Assembly: GCA_002269645.1 (NCBI GenBank)
Contig: NIVC01000363.1
Location: 62,001-126,000 of the forward strand
Direction of reading: 5' to 3'
DNA: 64,000 nucleotides
Source: Macrostomum lignano
Lineage: Eukaryota
The position numbers and the translations under genes were made by a program. Below the pieces are notes generated by a model, which made no database searches, was not told where the DNA came from, and saw only the letters and a list, made by a program, of their open reading frames with translations. Below are positions 26,001 through 40,710 of the stretch, in pieces; the first letter of the stretch is position 1, and the number at the start of each line of letters is the position of its first letter.

Positions 26001-29000
26001 ATTACTGCGCTTGATAAACCAAGGATTATTGCACTTGATAAACCAAGGATTATTGCACTTGATAAACCAAGGATTATTGCACTTGATAAACCAAGGATTA
26101 TTGCACTTGATAAACCAAGGATTATTGCACTTGATAAGCCAAGGATTATTGCACTTGATAAACGAAGGATTATTTCACTTGATAAACCAAGGATTATTTC
26201 ACTTGATAAACCAAGGATTATTGCACTTGATAAACCAAGGATTATTTCACTTGATAAACCAAGGATTATTGCACTTGATAAACAAATATTGCACTTGATA
26301 AACCAAGGATTATTGCACTTGATAAACCAAGGATTACTGCGCTTGATAAACCAAGGATTACTGCGCTTGATAAACCAAGGATTATTGCACTTGATAAACC
26401 AAGGATTATTGCAGTTGATAAGCCAAGGATTATTGCACTTGATAAACCAAGGATTATTTCACTTGATAAACCAAAAATTATTGCACTTGATAAACAAATA
26501 TTGCACTTGATAGTAAAGAATGTTGCACTTGATAAGCCAAGGATTAATGCACTGGATTATTCAAGGATTATTGCTATTAATAAACCAAGGACTACTGCAC
26601 TCGATAAGCCAAGGATTATTGCTCTTAATAAACCAGGGATTACTGCACTTGGAAAACTAAGGATTACTGCACTCGATAAACCAAGGATTATTGCTCTTGG
26701 CAAACCAAGGATTACTGCACTTGATAAACCAAGGATTATAGCACTTGATAAACCAAGGATTATTGCACTTGATAAACCAAGGATTATTGCACTTGATATG
26801 CCAAGGATTACTGCGCTTGATAAACCAAGGATTATTGCACTTGATAAACCAAGGATTATTGCACTTGATAAGCCAAGGATTACTGCACTTGATAAACCAA
26901 GGATTATTGCACTTGATAGGCCAAAGATTACTGCGCTTGATAAACCAAGGATTATTGCACTTGATAAACCAAGGATTATTGCACTTGATAAACCAAGGAT
27001 TATTGCACTTGATAAACCAAGGATTATTGCACTTGATAAACCAAGGATTATTGCACTTAATAAACCAAAGATTATTGCACTTGATAAACCAAGGATTATT
27101 GCACTTGATAGGCCAAGGATTACTGCACTTGATAAACCAAGGATTATTGCACTTGATAGGCCAAGTATTACTGCACTTGATAAACCAAGGATTGTTGCAC
27201 TTGATAGGCCAAAGATTACTGCGCTTGATAAACCAAGGATTATTGCACTTGATAAACCAAGGATTATTGCACTTGATAAACCAAGGATTATTGCACTTGA
27301 TAAACCAAGGATTATTGCACTTGATAAACCAAGGATTATTGCACTTGATAAGCCAAGGATTATTGCACTTGATAAACGAAGGATTATTTCACTTGATAAA
27401 CCAAGGACTATTTCACTTGATAAACCAAGGATTATTGCACTTGATAAACCAAGGATTATTTCACTTGATAAACCAAGGATTATTGCACTTGATAAACAAA
27501 TATTGCACTTGATAAACCAAGGATTGTTGCACTTGATAGGCCAAAGATTACTGCGCTTGATAAACCAAGGATTATTGCACTTGATAAACCAAGGATTATT
27601 GCACTTGATAAACCAAGGATTATTGCACTTGATAAACCAAGGATTATTGCACTTGATAAACCAAGGATTATTGCACTTGATAAGCCAAGGATTATTGCAC
27701 TTGATAAACGAAGGATTATTTCACTTGATAAACCAAGGATTATTTCACTTGATAAACCAAGGATTATTGCACTTGATAAACCAAGGATTATTTCACTTGA
27801 TAAACCAAGGATTATTGCACTTGATAAACAAATATTGCACTTGATAAACCAAGGATTATTGCACTTGATAAACCAAGGATTACTGCGCTTGATAAACCAA
27901 GGATTACTGCGCTTGATAAACCAAGGATTATTGCACTTGATAAACCAAGGATTATTGCAGTTGATAAGCCAAGGATTATTGCACTTGATAAACCAAGGAT
28001 TATTTCACTTGATAAACCAAAAATTATTGCACTTGATAAACAAATATTGCACTTGATAGTAAAGAATGTTGCACTTGATAAGCCAAGGATTAATGCACTG
28101 GATTATTCAAGGATTATTGCTATTAATAAACCAAGGACTACTGCACTCGATAAGCCAAGGATTATTGCTCTTAATAAACCAGGGATTACTGCACTTGGAA
28201 AACTAAGGATTACTGCACTCGATAAACCAAGGATTATTGCTCTTGGCAAACCAAGGATTACTGCACTTGATAAACCAAGGATTATAGCACTTGATAAACC
28301 AAGGATTATTGCACTTGATAAGCCAAGGATTATTGCACTTGATATGCCAAGGATTACTGCGCTTGATAAACCAAGGATTATTGCACTTGATAAACCAAGG
28401 ATTATTGCACTTGATAAGCCAAGGATTACTGCACTTGATAAACCAAGGATTATTGCACTTGATAGGCCAAAGATTACTGCGCTTGATAAACCAAGGATTA
28501 TTGCACTTGATAAACCAAGGATTATTGCACTTGATAAACCAAGGATTATTGCACTTGATAAACCAAGGATTATTGCACTTGATAAACCAAGGATTATTGC
28601 ACTTAATAAACCAAAGATTATTGCACTTGATAAACCAAGGATTATTGCACTTGATAGGCCAAGGATTACTGCACTTGATAAACCAAGGATTATTGCACTT
28701 GATAGGCCAAGTATTACTGCACTTGATAAACCAAGGATTGTTGCACTTGATAGGCCAAAGATTACTGCGCTTGATAAACCAAGGATTATTGCACTTGATA
28801 AACCAAGGATTATTGCACTTGATAAACCAAGGATTATTGCACTTGATAAACCAAGGATTATTGCACTTGATAAACCAAGGATTATTGCACTTGATAAGCC
28901 AAGGATTATTGCACTTGATAAACGAAGGATTATTTCACTTGATAAACCAAGGACTATTTCACTTGATAAACCAAGGATTATTGCACTTGATAAACCAAGG

Positions 29001-32000
29001 ATTATTTCACTTGATAAACCAAGGATTATTGCACTTGATAAACAAATATTGCACTTGATAAACCAAGGATTATTGCACTTGATAAACCAAGGATTACTGC
29101 GCTTGATAAACCAAGGATTACTGCGCTTGATAAACCAAGGATTATTGCACTTGATAAACCAAGGATTATTGCAGTTGATAAGCCAAGGATTATTGCACTT
29201 GATAAACCAAGGATTATTGCACTTGATAAACCAAGGATTATTGCACTTGATAAGCCAAGGATTACTGCACTTGATAAACCAAGGATTATTTCTCTTGATA
29301 AACCAAGGATTATTTCACTTGATAAACCAAAGATTATTGCACTTGATAAACCAAGGAATTTTTCACTTGATAAACCAAGGATTATTGCACTTGATAAACA
29401 AATATTGCACTTGATAAACCAAGGATTATTGCACTTGATAAACCAAGGATTATTGCACTTGATAAACCAAGGATTACTGCGCTTGATAAACCAAGGATTA
29501 TTGCACTTGATAAACCAAGGATTATTGCAGTTGATAAGCCAAGGAATATTGCACTTGATAAACCAAGGATTATTTCACTTGATAAACCAAGGATTATTGC
29601 ACTTGATAGGCCAAGGATTACTGCACTTGATAAACCAAGGATTATTGCACTTGATAAGCCAAGGACTACTGCGCTAGATAAACCAAGGATTATTGCACTT
29701 GATAAACCAAGGATTATTGCACTCAATAAACCAAGGATTATTGCACTTGATAAACCAAGGATTATTGCACTTGATAGGCCAAGGATTACTGCACTTGATA
29801 AACCAAGGATTATTGCACTTGATAGGCCAAAGATTACTGCGCTTGATAAACCAAGGACTATTGCTCTTGGCAAACCAAGGATTACTGCACTCAATAAGCC
29901 AAGGATTATTGCACTTGGAAAACCAAGGATTACTGCACTCGATAAACCAAGGACTATTGCACTTGATAAACCAAAAATTATTGCACTTGATAAACAAATA
30001 TTGCACTTGATAGTAAAGAATGTTGCACTTGATAAGCCAAGGATTAATGCACTGGATTATTCAAGGATTATTGCTATTAATAAACCAAGGACTACTGCAC
30101 TCGATAAGCCAAGGATTATTGCTCTTAATAAACCAGGGATTACTGCACTTGGAAAACTAAGGATTACTGCACTCGATAAACCAAGGATTATTGCTCTTGG
30201 CAAACCAAGGATTACTGCACTTGATAAACCAAGGATTATAGCACTTGATAAACCAAGGATTATTGCACTTGATAAGCCAAGGATTATTGCACTTGATATG
30301 CCAAGGATTACTGCGCTTGATAAAGCAAGGATTATTGCACTTGATAAACCAAGGATTATTGCACTTGATAAGCCAAGGATTACTGCACTTGATAAACCAA
30401 GGATTATTGCACTTGATAGGCCAAAGATTACTGCGCTTGATAAACCAAGGATTATTGCACTTGATAAACCAAGGATTATTGCACTTGATAAACCAAGGAT
30501 TATTGCACTTGATAAACCAAGGATTATTGCACTTGATAAACCAAGGATTATTGCACTTAATAAACCAAAGATTATTGCACTTGATAAACCAAGGATTATT
30601 GCACTTGATAGGCCAAGGATTACTGCACTTGATAAACCAAGGATTATTGCACTTGATAGGCCAAGTATTACTGCACTTGATAAACCAAGGATTGTTGCAC
30701 TTGATAGGCCAAAGATTACTGCGCTTGATAAACCAAGATTATTGCACTTGATAAACCAAGGATTATTGCACTTGATAAACCAAGGATTATTGCACTTGAT
30801 AAACCAAGGATTATTGCACTTGATAAACCAAGGATTATTGCACTTGATAAGCCAAGGATTATTGCACTTGATAAACGAAGGATTATTTCACTTGATAAAC
30901 CAAGGATTATTTCACTTGATAAACCAAGGATTATTGCACTTGATAAACCAAGGATTATTTCACTTGATAAACCAAGGATTATTGCACTTGATAAACAAAT
31001 ATTGCACTTGATAAACCAAGGATTATTGCACTTGATAAACCAAGGATTATTGCACTTGATAAACCAAGGATTATTGCACTTGATATGCCAAGGATTACTG
31101 CGCTTGATAAACCAAGGATTATTGCACTTGATAAACCAAGGATTATTGCACTTGATAGGCCAAGGATTACTGCACTTGATAAACCAAGGATTATTGCACT
31201 TGATAGGCCAAAGATTACTGCGCTTGATAAACCAAGGATTATTGCACTTGATAAACCAAGGATTATTGCACTTGATAAACCAAGGATTATTGCACTTGAT
31301 AAACCAAGGATTATTGCACTTGATAAACCAAGGATTATTGCACTTAATAAACCAAAGATTATTGCACTTGATAAACCAAGGATTATTGCACTTGATAGGC
31401 CAAGGATTACTGCACTTGATAAACCAAGGATTATTGCACTTGATAGGCCAAGTATTACTGCACTTGATAAACCAAGGATTGTTGCACTTGATAGGCCAAA
31501 GATTACTGCGCTTGATAAACCAAGGATTATTGCACTTGATAAACCAAGGATTATTGCACTTGATAAACCAAGGATTATTGCACTTGATAAACCAAGGATT
31601 ATTGCACTTGATAAACCAAGGATTATTGCACTTGATAAGCCAAGGATTATTGCACTTGATAAACGAAGGATTATTTCACTTGATAAACCAAGGATTATTT
31701 CACTTGATAAACCAAGGATTATTGCACTTGATAAACCAAGGATTATTTCACTTGATAAACCAAGGATTATTGCACTTGATAAACAAATATTGCACTTGAT
31801 AAACCAAGGATTATTGCACTTGATAAACCAAGGATTACTGCGCTTGATAAACCAAGGATTACTGCGCTTGATAAACCAAGGATTATTGCACTTGATAAAC
31901 CAAGGATTATTGCAGTTGATAAGCCAAGGATTATTGCACTTGATAAACCAAGGATTATTTCACTTGATAAACCAAATTATTGCACTTGATAAACAAATAT

Positions 32001-35000
32001 TGCACTTGATAGTAAAGAATGTTGCACTTGATAAGCCAAGGATTAATGCACTGGATTATTCAAGGATTATTGCTATTAATAAACCAAGGACTACTGCACT
32101 CGATAAGCCAAGGATTATTGCTCTTAATAAACCAGGGATTACTGCACTTGAAAACTAAGGATTACTGCACTCGATAAACCAAGGATTATTGCTCTTGGCA
32201 AACCAAGGATTACTGCACTTGATAAACCAAGGATTATAGCACTTGATAAACCAAGGATTATTGCACTTGATAAACCAAGGATTATTGCACTTGATATGCC
32301 AAGGATTACTGCGCTTGATAAACCAAGGATTATTGCACTTGATAAACCAAGGATTATTGCACTTGATAAGCCAAGGATTACTGCACTTGATAAACCAAGG
32401 ATTATTGCACTTGATAGGCCAAAGATTACTGCGCTTGATAAACCAAGGATTATTGCACTTGATAAACCAAGGATTATTGCACTTGATAAACCAAGGATTA
32501 TTGCACTTGATAAACCAAGGATTATTGCACTTGATAAACCAAGGATTATTGCACTTAATAAACCAAAGATTATTGCACTTGATAAACCAAGGATTATTGC
32601 ACTTGATAGGCCAAGGATTACTGCACTTGATAAACCAAGGATTATTGCACTTGATAGGCCAAGTATTACTGCACTTGATAAACCAAGGATTGTTGCACTT
32701 GATAGGCCAAAGATTACTGCGCTTGATAAACCAAGGATTATTGCACTTGATAAACCAAGGATTATTGCACTTGATAAACCAAGGATTATTGCACTTGATA
32801 AACCAAGGATTATTGCACTTGATAAACCAAGGATTATTGCACTTGATAAGCCAAGGATTATTGCACTTGATAAACGAAGGATTATTTCACTTGATAAACC
32901 AAGGATATTTCACTTGATAAACCAAGGATTATTGCACTTGATAAACCAAGGATTATTTCACTTGATAAACCAAGGATTATTGCACTTGATAAACAAATAT
33001 TGCACTTGATAAACCAAGGATTGTTGCACTTGATAGGCCAAAGATTACTGCGCTTGATAAACCAAGGATTATTGCACTTGATAAACCAAGGATTATTGCA
33101 CTTGATAAACCAAGGATTATTGCACTTGATAAACCAAGGATTATTGCACTTGATAAACCAAGGATTATTGCACTTGATAAGCCAAGGATTATTGCACTTG
33201 ATAAACGAAGGATTATTTCACTTGATAAACCAAGGATTATTTCACTTGATAAACCAAGGATTATTGCACTTGATAAACCAAGGATTATTTCACTTGATAA
33301 ACCAAGGATTATTGCACTTGATAAACAAATATTGCACTTGATAAACCAAGGATTATTGCACTTGATAAACCAAGGATTACTGCGCTTGATAAACCAAGGA
33401 TTACTGCGCTTGATAAACCAAGGATTATTGCACTTGATAAACCAAGGATTATTGCAGTTGATAAGCCAAGGATTATTGCACTTGATAAACCAAGGATTAT
33501 TTCACTTGATAAACCAAAAATTATTGCACTTGATAAACAAATATTGCACTTGATAGTAAAGAATGTTGCACTTGATAAGCCAAGGATTAATGCACTGGAT
33601 TATTCAAGGATTATTGCTATTAATAAACCAAGGACTACTGCACTCGATAAGCCAAGGATTATTGCTCTTAATAAACCAGGATTACTGCACTTGAAAACTA
33701 AGGATTACTGCACTCGATAAACCAAGGATTATTGCTCTTGGCAAACCAAGGATTACTGCACTTGATAAACCAAGGATTATAGCACTTGATAAACCAAGGA
33801 TTATTGCACTTGATAAGCCAAGGATTATTGCACTTGATATGCCAAGGATTACTGCGCTTGATAAACCAAGGATTATTGCACTTGATAAACCAAGGATTAT
33901 TGCACTTGATAAGCCAAGGATTACTGCACTTGATAAACCAAGGATTATTGCACTTGATAGGCCAAAGATTACTGCGCTTGATAAACCAAGGATTATTGCA
34001 CTTGATAAACCAAGGATTATTGCACTTGATAAACCAAGGATTATTGCACTTGATAAACCAAGGATTATTGCACTTGATAAACCAAGGATTATTGCACTTA
34101 ATAAACCAAAGATTATTGCACTTGATAAACCAAGGATTATTGCACTTGATAGGCCAAGGATTACTGCACTTGATAAACCAAGGATTATTGCACTTGATAG
34201 GCCAAGTATTACTGCACTTGATAAACCAAGGATTGTTGCACTTGATAGGCCAAAGATTACTGCGCTTGATAAACCAAGGATTATTGCACTTGATAAACCA
34301 AGGATTATTGCACTTGATAAACCAAGGATTATTGCACTTGATAAACCAAGGATTATTGCACTTGATAAACCAAGGATTATTGCACTTGATAAGCCAAGGA
34401 TTATTGCACTTGATAAACGAAGGATTATTTCACTTGATAAACCAAGGACTATTTCACTTGATAAACCAAGGATTATTGCACTTGATAAACCAAGGATTAT
34501 TTCACTTGATAAACCAAGGATTATTGCACTTGATAAACAAATATTGCACTTGATAAACCAAGGATTATTGCACTTGATAAACCAAGGATTACTGCGCTTG
34601 ATAAACCAAGGATTACTGCGCTTGATAAACCAAGGATTATTGCACTTGATAAACCAAGGATTATTGCAGTTGATAAGCCAAGGATTATTGCACTTGATAA
34701 ACCAAGGATTATTGCACTTGATAAACCAAGGATTATTGCACTTGATAAGCCAAGGATTACTGCACTTGATAAACCAAGGATTATTTCTCTTGATAAACCA
34801 AGGATTATTTCACTTGATAAACCAAAGATTATTGCACTTGATAAACCAAGGAATTTTTCACTTGATAAACCAAGGATTATTGCACTTGATAAACAAATAT
34901 TGCACTTGATAAACCAAGGATTATTGCACTTGATAAACCAAGGATTATTGCACTTGATAAACCAAGGATTACTGCGCTTGATAAACCAAGGATTATTGCA

Positions 35001-38000
35001 CTTGATAAACCAAGGATTATTGCAGTTGATAAGCCAAGGATATTGCACTTGATAAACCAAGGATTATTTCACTTGATAAACCAAGGATTATTGCACTTGA
35101 TAGGCCAAGGATTACTGCACTTGATAAACCAAGGATTATTGCACTTGATAAGCCAAGGACTACTGCGCTAGATAAACCAAGGATTATTGCACTTGATAAA
35201 CCAAGGATTATTGCACTCATAAACCAAGGATTATTGCACTTGATAAACCAAGGATTATTGCACTTGATAGGCCAAGGATTACTGCACTTGATAAACCAAG
35301 GATTATTGCACTTGATAGGCCAAGGATTACTGCGCTTGATAAACCAAGGACTATTGCTCTTGGCAAACCAAGGATTACTGCACTCATAAGCCAAGGATTA
35401 TTGCACTTGAAAACCAAGGATTACTGCACTCGATAAACCAAGGACTATTGCACTTGATAAACCAAAAATTATTGCACTTGATAAACAAATATTGCACTTG
35501 ATAGTAAAGAATGTTGCACTTGATAAGCCAAGGATTAATGCACTGGATTATTCAAGGATTATTGCTATTAATAAACCAAGGACTACTGCACTCGATAAGC
35601 CAAGGATTATTGCTCTTAATAAACCAGGGATTACTGCACTTGGAAAACTAAGGATTACTGCACTCGATAAACCAAGGATTATTGCTCTTGGCAAACCAAG
35701 GATTACTGCACTTGATAAACCAAGGATTATAGCACTTGATAAACCAAGGATTATTGCACTTGATAAGCCAAGGATTATTGCACTTGATATGCCAAGGATT
35801 ACTGCGCTTGATAAAGCAAGGATTATTGCACTTGATAAACCAAGGATTATTGCACTTGATAAGCCAAGGATTACTGCACTTGATAAACCAAGGATTATTG
35901 CACTTGATAGGCCAAAGATTACTGCGCTTGATAAACCAAGGATTATTGCACTTGATAAACCAAGGATTATTGCACTTGATAAACCAAGGATTATTGCACT
36001 TGATAAACCAAGGATTATTGCACTTGATAAACCAAGGATTATTGCACTTAATAAACCAAAGATTATTGCACTTGATAAACCAAGGATTATTGCACTTGAT
36101 AGGCCAAGGATTACTGCACTTGATAAACCAAGGATTATTGCACTTGATAGGCCAAGTATTACTGCACTTGATAAACCAAGGATTGTTGCACTTGATAGGC
36201 CAAAGATTACTGCGCTTGATAAACCAAGAATTATTGCACTTGATAAACCAAGGATTATTGCACTTGATAAACCAAGGATTATTGCACTTGATAAACCAAG
36301 GATTATTGCACTTGATAAACCAAGGATTATTGCACTTGATAAGCCAAGGATTATTGCACTTGATAAACGAAGGATTATTTCACTTGATAAACCAAGGATT
36401 ATTTCACTTGATAAACCAAGGATTATTGCACTTGATAAACCAAGGATTATTTCACTTGATAAACCAAGGATTATTGCACTTGATAAACAAATATTGCACT
36501 TGATAAACCAAGGATTATTGCACTTGATAAACCAAGGATTACTGCGCTTGATAAACCAAGGATTACTGCGCTTGATAAACCAAGGATTATTGCACTTGAT
36601 AAACCAAGGATTATTGCAGTTGATAAGCCAAGGATTATTGCACTTGATAAACCAAGGATTATTGCACTTGATAAACCAAGGATTATTGCACTTGATAAGC
36701 CAAGGATTAATGCACTTGATAAACCAAGGATTATTTCTCTTGATAAACCAAGGATTATTTCACTTGATAAACCAAAGATTATTGCACTTGATAAACCAAG
36801 GAATTTTTCACTTGATAAACCAAGGATTATTGCACTTGATAAACAAATATTGCACTTGATAAACCAAGGATTATTGCACTTGATAAACCAAGGATTATTG
36901 CTATTAATAAACCAAGGATTACTGCACTTGGAAAACCAAGGATTACTGCACTCGATAAACCAAGGACTATTGCTCTTGGCAAACCAAGGATTACTGCACT
37001 CAATAAGCCAAGGATTATTGCACTTGGAAAACCAAGGATTACTGCACTCGATAAACCAAGGACTATTGCACTTGATAAACCAAGGATTATTGCACTTGAT
37101 AGGCCAAGGATTACTGCACTTGATAAACCAAAAATTATTGCACTTGATAAACAAATATTGCACTTGATAGTAAAGAATGTTGCACTTGATAAGCCAAGGA
37201 TTAATGCACTGGATTATTCAAGGATTATTGCTATTAATAAACCAAGGACTACTGCACTCGATAAGCCAAGGATTATTGCTCTTAATAAACCAGGGATTAC
37301 TGCACTTGGAAAACTAAGGATTACTGCACTCGATAAACCAAGGATTATTGCTCTTGGCAAACCAAGGATTACTGCACTTGATAAACCAAGGATTATAGCA
37401 CTTGATAAACCAAGGATTATTGCACTTGATAAGCCAAGGATTATTGCACTTGATATGCCAAGGATTACTGCGCTTGATAAACCAAGGATTATTGCACTTG
37501 ATAAACCAAGGATTATTGCACTTGATAAGCCAAGGATTACTGCACTTGATAAACCAAGGATTATTGCACTTGATAGGCCAAAGATTACTGCGCTTGATAA
37601 ACCAAGGATTATTGCACTTGATAAACCAAGGATTATTGCACTTGATAAACCAAGGATTATTGCACTTGATAAACCAAGGATTATTGCACTTGATAAACCA
37701 AGGATTATTGCACTTAATAAACCAAAGATTATTGCACTTGATAAACCAAGGATTATTGCACTTGATAGGCCAAGGATTACTGCACTTGATAAACCAAGGA
37801 TTATTGCACTTGATAGGCCAAGTATTACTGCACTTGATAAACCAAGGATTATTGCACTTGATAAACCAAGGATTATTGCACTTGATAAACCAAGGATTAT
37901 TGCACTTAATAAACCAAGGATTACTGCACTTGATAAACCAAGGATTATTGCACTTGATAGGCCAAGTATTACTGCACTTGATAAACCAAGGATTGTTGCA

Positions 38001-40225
38001 CTTGATAGGCCAAAGATTACTGCGCTTGATAAACCAAGGATTATTGCACTTGATAAACCAAGGATTATTGCACTTGATAAACCAAGGATTATTGCACTTG
38101 ATAAACCAAGGATTATTGCACTTGATAAACCAAGGATTATTGCACTTGATAAGCCAAGGATTATTGCACTTGATAAACGAAGGATTATTTCACTTGATAA
38201 ACCAAGGATTATTTCACTTGATAAACCAAGGATTATTGCACTTGATAAACCAAGGATTATTTCACTTGATAAACCAAGGATTATTGCACTTGATAAACAA
38301 ATATTGCACTTGATAAACCAAGGATTATTGCACTTGATAAACCAAGGATTACTGCGCTTGATAAACCAAGGATTACTGCGCTTGATAAACCAAGGATTAT
38401 TGCACTTGATAAACCAAGGATTATTGCAGTTGATAAGCCAAGGATTATTGCACTTGATAAACCAAGGATTATTGCACTTGATAAACCAAGGATTATTGCA
38501 CTTGATAAACCAAGGATTATTGCAGTTGATAAGCCAAGGAATATTGCACTTGATAAACCAAGGATTATTTCACTTGATAAACCAAGGATTATTGCACTTG
38601 ATAGGCCAAGGATTACTGCACTTGATAAACCAAGGATTATTGCACTTGATAAGCCAAGGACTACTGCGCTAGATAAACCAAGGATTATTGCACTTGATAA
38701 ACCAAGGATTATTGCACTTAATAAACCAAGGATTATTGCACTTGATAAACCAAGGATTATTGCACTTGATAGGCCAAGGATTACTGCACTTGATAAACCA
38801 AGGATTATTGCACTTGATAGGCCAAAGATTACTGCGCTTGATAAACCAAGGATTATTGCACTTGATAAACCAAGGATTATTGCACTTGATAAACCAAGGA
38901 TTATTGCACTTGATAAACCAAGGATTATTGCACTTGATAAACCAAGGATTATTGCACTTAATAAACCAAAGATTATTGCACTTGATAAACCAAGGGTTAT
39001 TGCACTTGATAGGCCAAGGATTACTGCACTTGATAAACCAAGGATTATTGCACTTGATAGGCCAAGGATTACTGCACTTGATAAACCAAGGATTATTGCA
39101 CTTGATAGGCCAAAGATTACTGCGCTTGATAAACCAAGGAATTTTGCATTTGATAAACCAAGGATTATTGCACTTGATAAACCAAGGATTATTGCACTTG
39201 ATAAACCAAGGATTATTGCACTTGATAAACCAAGGATTATTGCACTTGATAAACCAAGGATTATTGCACTTGTTAAACCAAGGATTATTGCACTTGATAA
39301 ACCAATGATTATTGCACTTGATAAACCAAGGATTATTGCACTTGATAAACAAAGGATTATTTCACTTGATAAACCAAGGATTATTGCACTTGATAAGCCA
39401 AGGATTACAGCGCTTGATAAGCCATGGATTATTGCACTTGATAGTAAAGAATGTTGCACTTGATAAGCCAGAGATTAATGTACTGGATTATTCAAGGATT
39501 ATTGCTATTAATAAACCAAGGACTACTGCACTCGATAAACCAAGGATTATTGCTCTTAATAAACCAAGGATTACTGCACTTGGAAAACTAAGGATTACTG
39601 CACTCGATAAACCAAGGATTATTGCTCTTGGCAAACCAAGGATTACTGCACTCGATAAGCCAAGGATTATTGCTCTTAATAAACCAAGGATTACTGCACT
39701 TGGAAAACTAAGGATTACTGCACTCGATAAACCAAGGATTATTGCTCTTGGCAAACCAAGGATTAATGCACTCGATAAGCCAAGGATTATTGCACTTGAT
39801 ATGCCAAGGATTACTGCGCTTGATATACCAAGGATTATTGCACTTGATAAACCAAGGATTATTGCACTTGATAAGCCCATGATTATTGCACTTGATAAAC
39901 CAAGGATTATTTCACTTGATAAACCAAGGATTATTGCACTTGATAAACAAATATTGCACTTGATAAACCAAGGATTATTGCACTTGATAAGCCAAGGATT
40001 ACTGCGCTAGATAAACCAAGGATTATTGCACTTGATAAACCAAGGATTATTGCACTTAATAAACCAAGGATTATTGCACTTGATAAACAAAGGATTATTG
40101 CACTTGATAAACCATGGATTATTGCACTTGATAAACAAAGGATTATTGCTCTTGATAAACCAAGGATTATTGCACTTGATTAATCAAGGATTATTGCTAT
40201 TAATAAACCAAGGATTATTGCACTA
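17051..40225. repeat. 24-bp satellite (ATTATTGCACTTGATAAACCAAGG), about 960 monomers, with higher-order repeats
   Basis: Direct reading; interspersed 20-bp variant (TTGCACTTGATAAACAAATA); diverged monomers continue to about 40345. Confidence 0.98.
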
Positions 40226-40359
40226 TCTGAGAAGCTGATTACTGCGCTGTCTAAAAAAGAGATTATTGCGCTCGCTGAGACGTGGATTGTTGCACAACCT
40301 GAGAAAGCGATTATTGCATTAGCGGAAGTAACATTTGCACTAGCTACTTGCTGTCTCGT

Positions 40360-40710
40360 GGATGCTTGCTCTCGAGGGGGGATACTTGCTATTTGGGAGA
40401 GGGGGTGCTGGCTACATGCATGGGATTCTTTCAATCCAGGGATGCTTGCTATTTAGGGATTCTTGCTATCTGCAGGATGCTTGCTATCTGGGTGGATGCT
40501 TCTATAATATCTGGGGGGTGCTTGCTATCTGCAGGATGCTTCTATAATATCTGGGGGGTGCTTGCTATCTGCAGAATGCTTGCTATCTGGGTGGATGCTT
40601 GCTATCTGGGTGGATGCTTCTATAATATCTGGGGGGGTGCTTGCTAATCTGCAGATGCTTGCTATCTGTGGTGATTCTTGCTATGAGCATTAGAGGATGC
40701 TTGCTATCTG
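40360..40710 (+). repeat. Degenerate GATGCTTGCTATCT repeats, related to the 18-bp array of Helitron A
   Basis: Core GATGCTTGCTATCTG repeated at variable spacing; includes a repeated CTTCTATAATATCTGGGGGG variant. Confidence 0.85.

Noticed and set aside
17034-40238. Dozens of long ORFs (DKPRIIAL, HLINQGLL, LSSAIILG and FIKCNNPW repeats; up to 893 aa)
   Set aside because: A 24-bp unit without stops in several frames gives ORFs automatically; they occur on both strands, switch frame at 20-bp variants and show no splice or codon signal.
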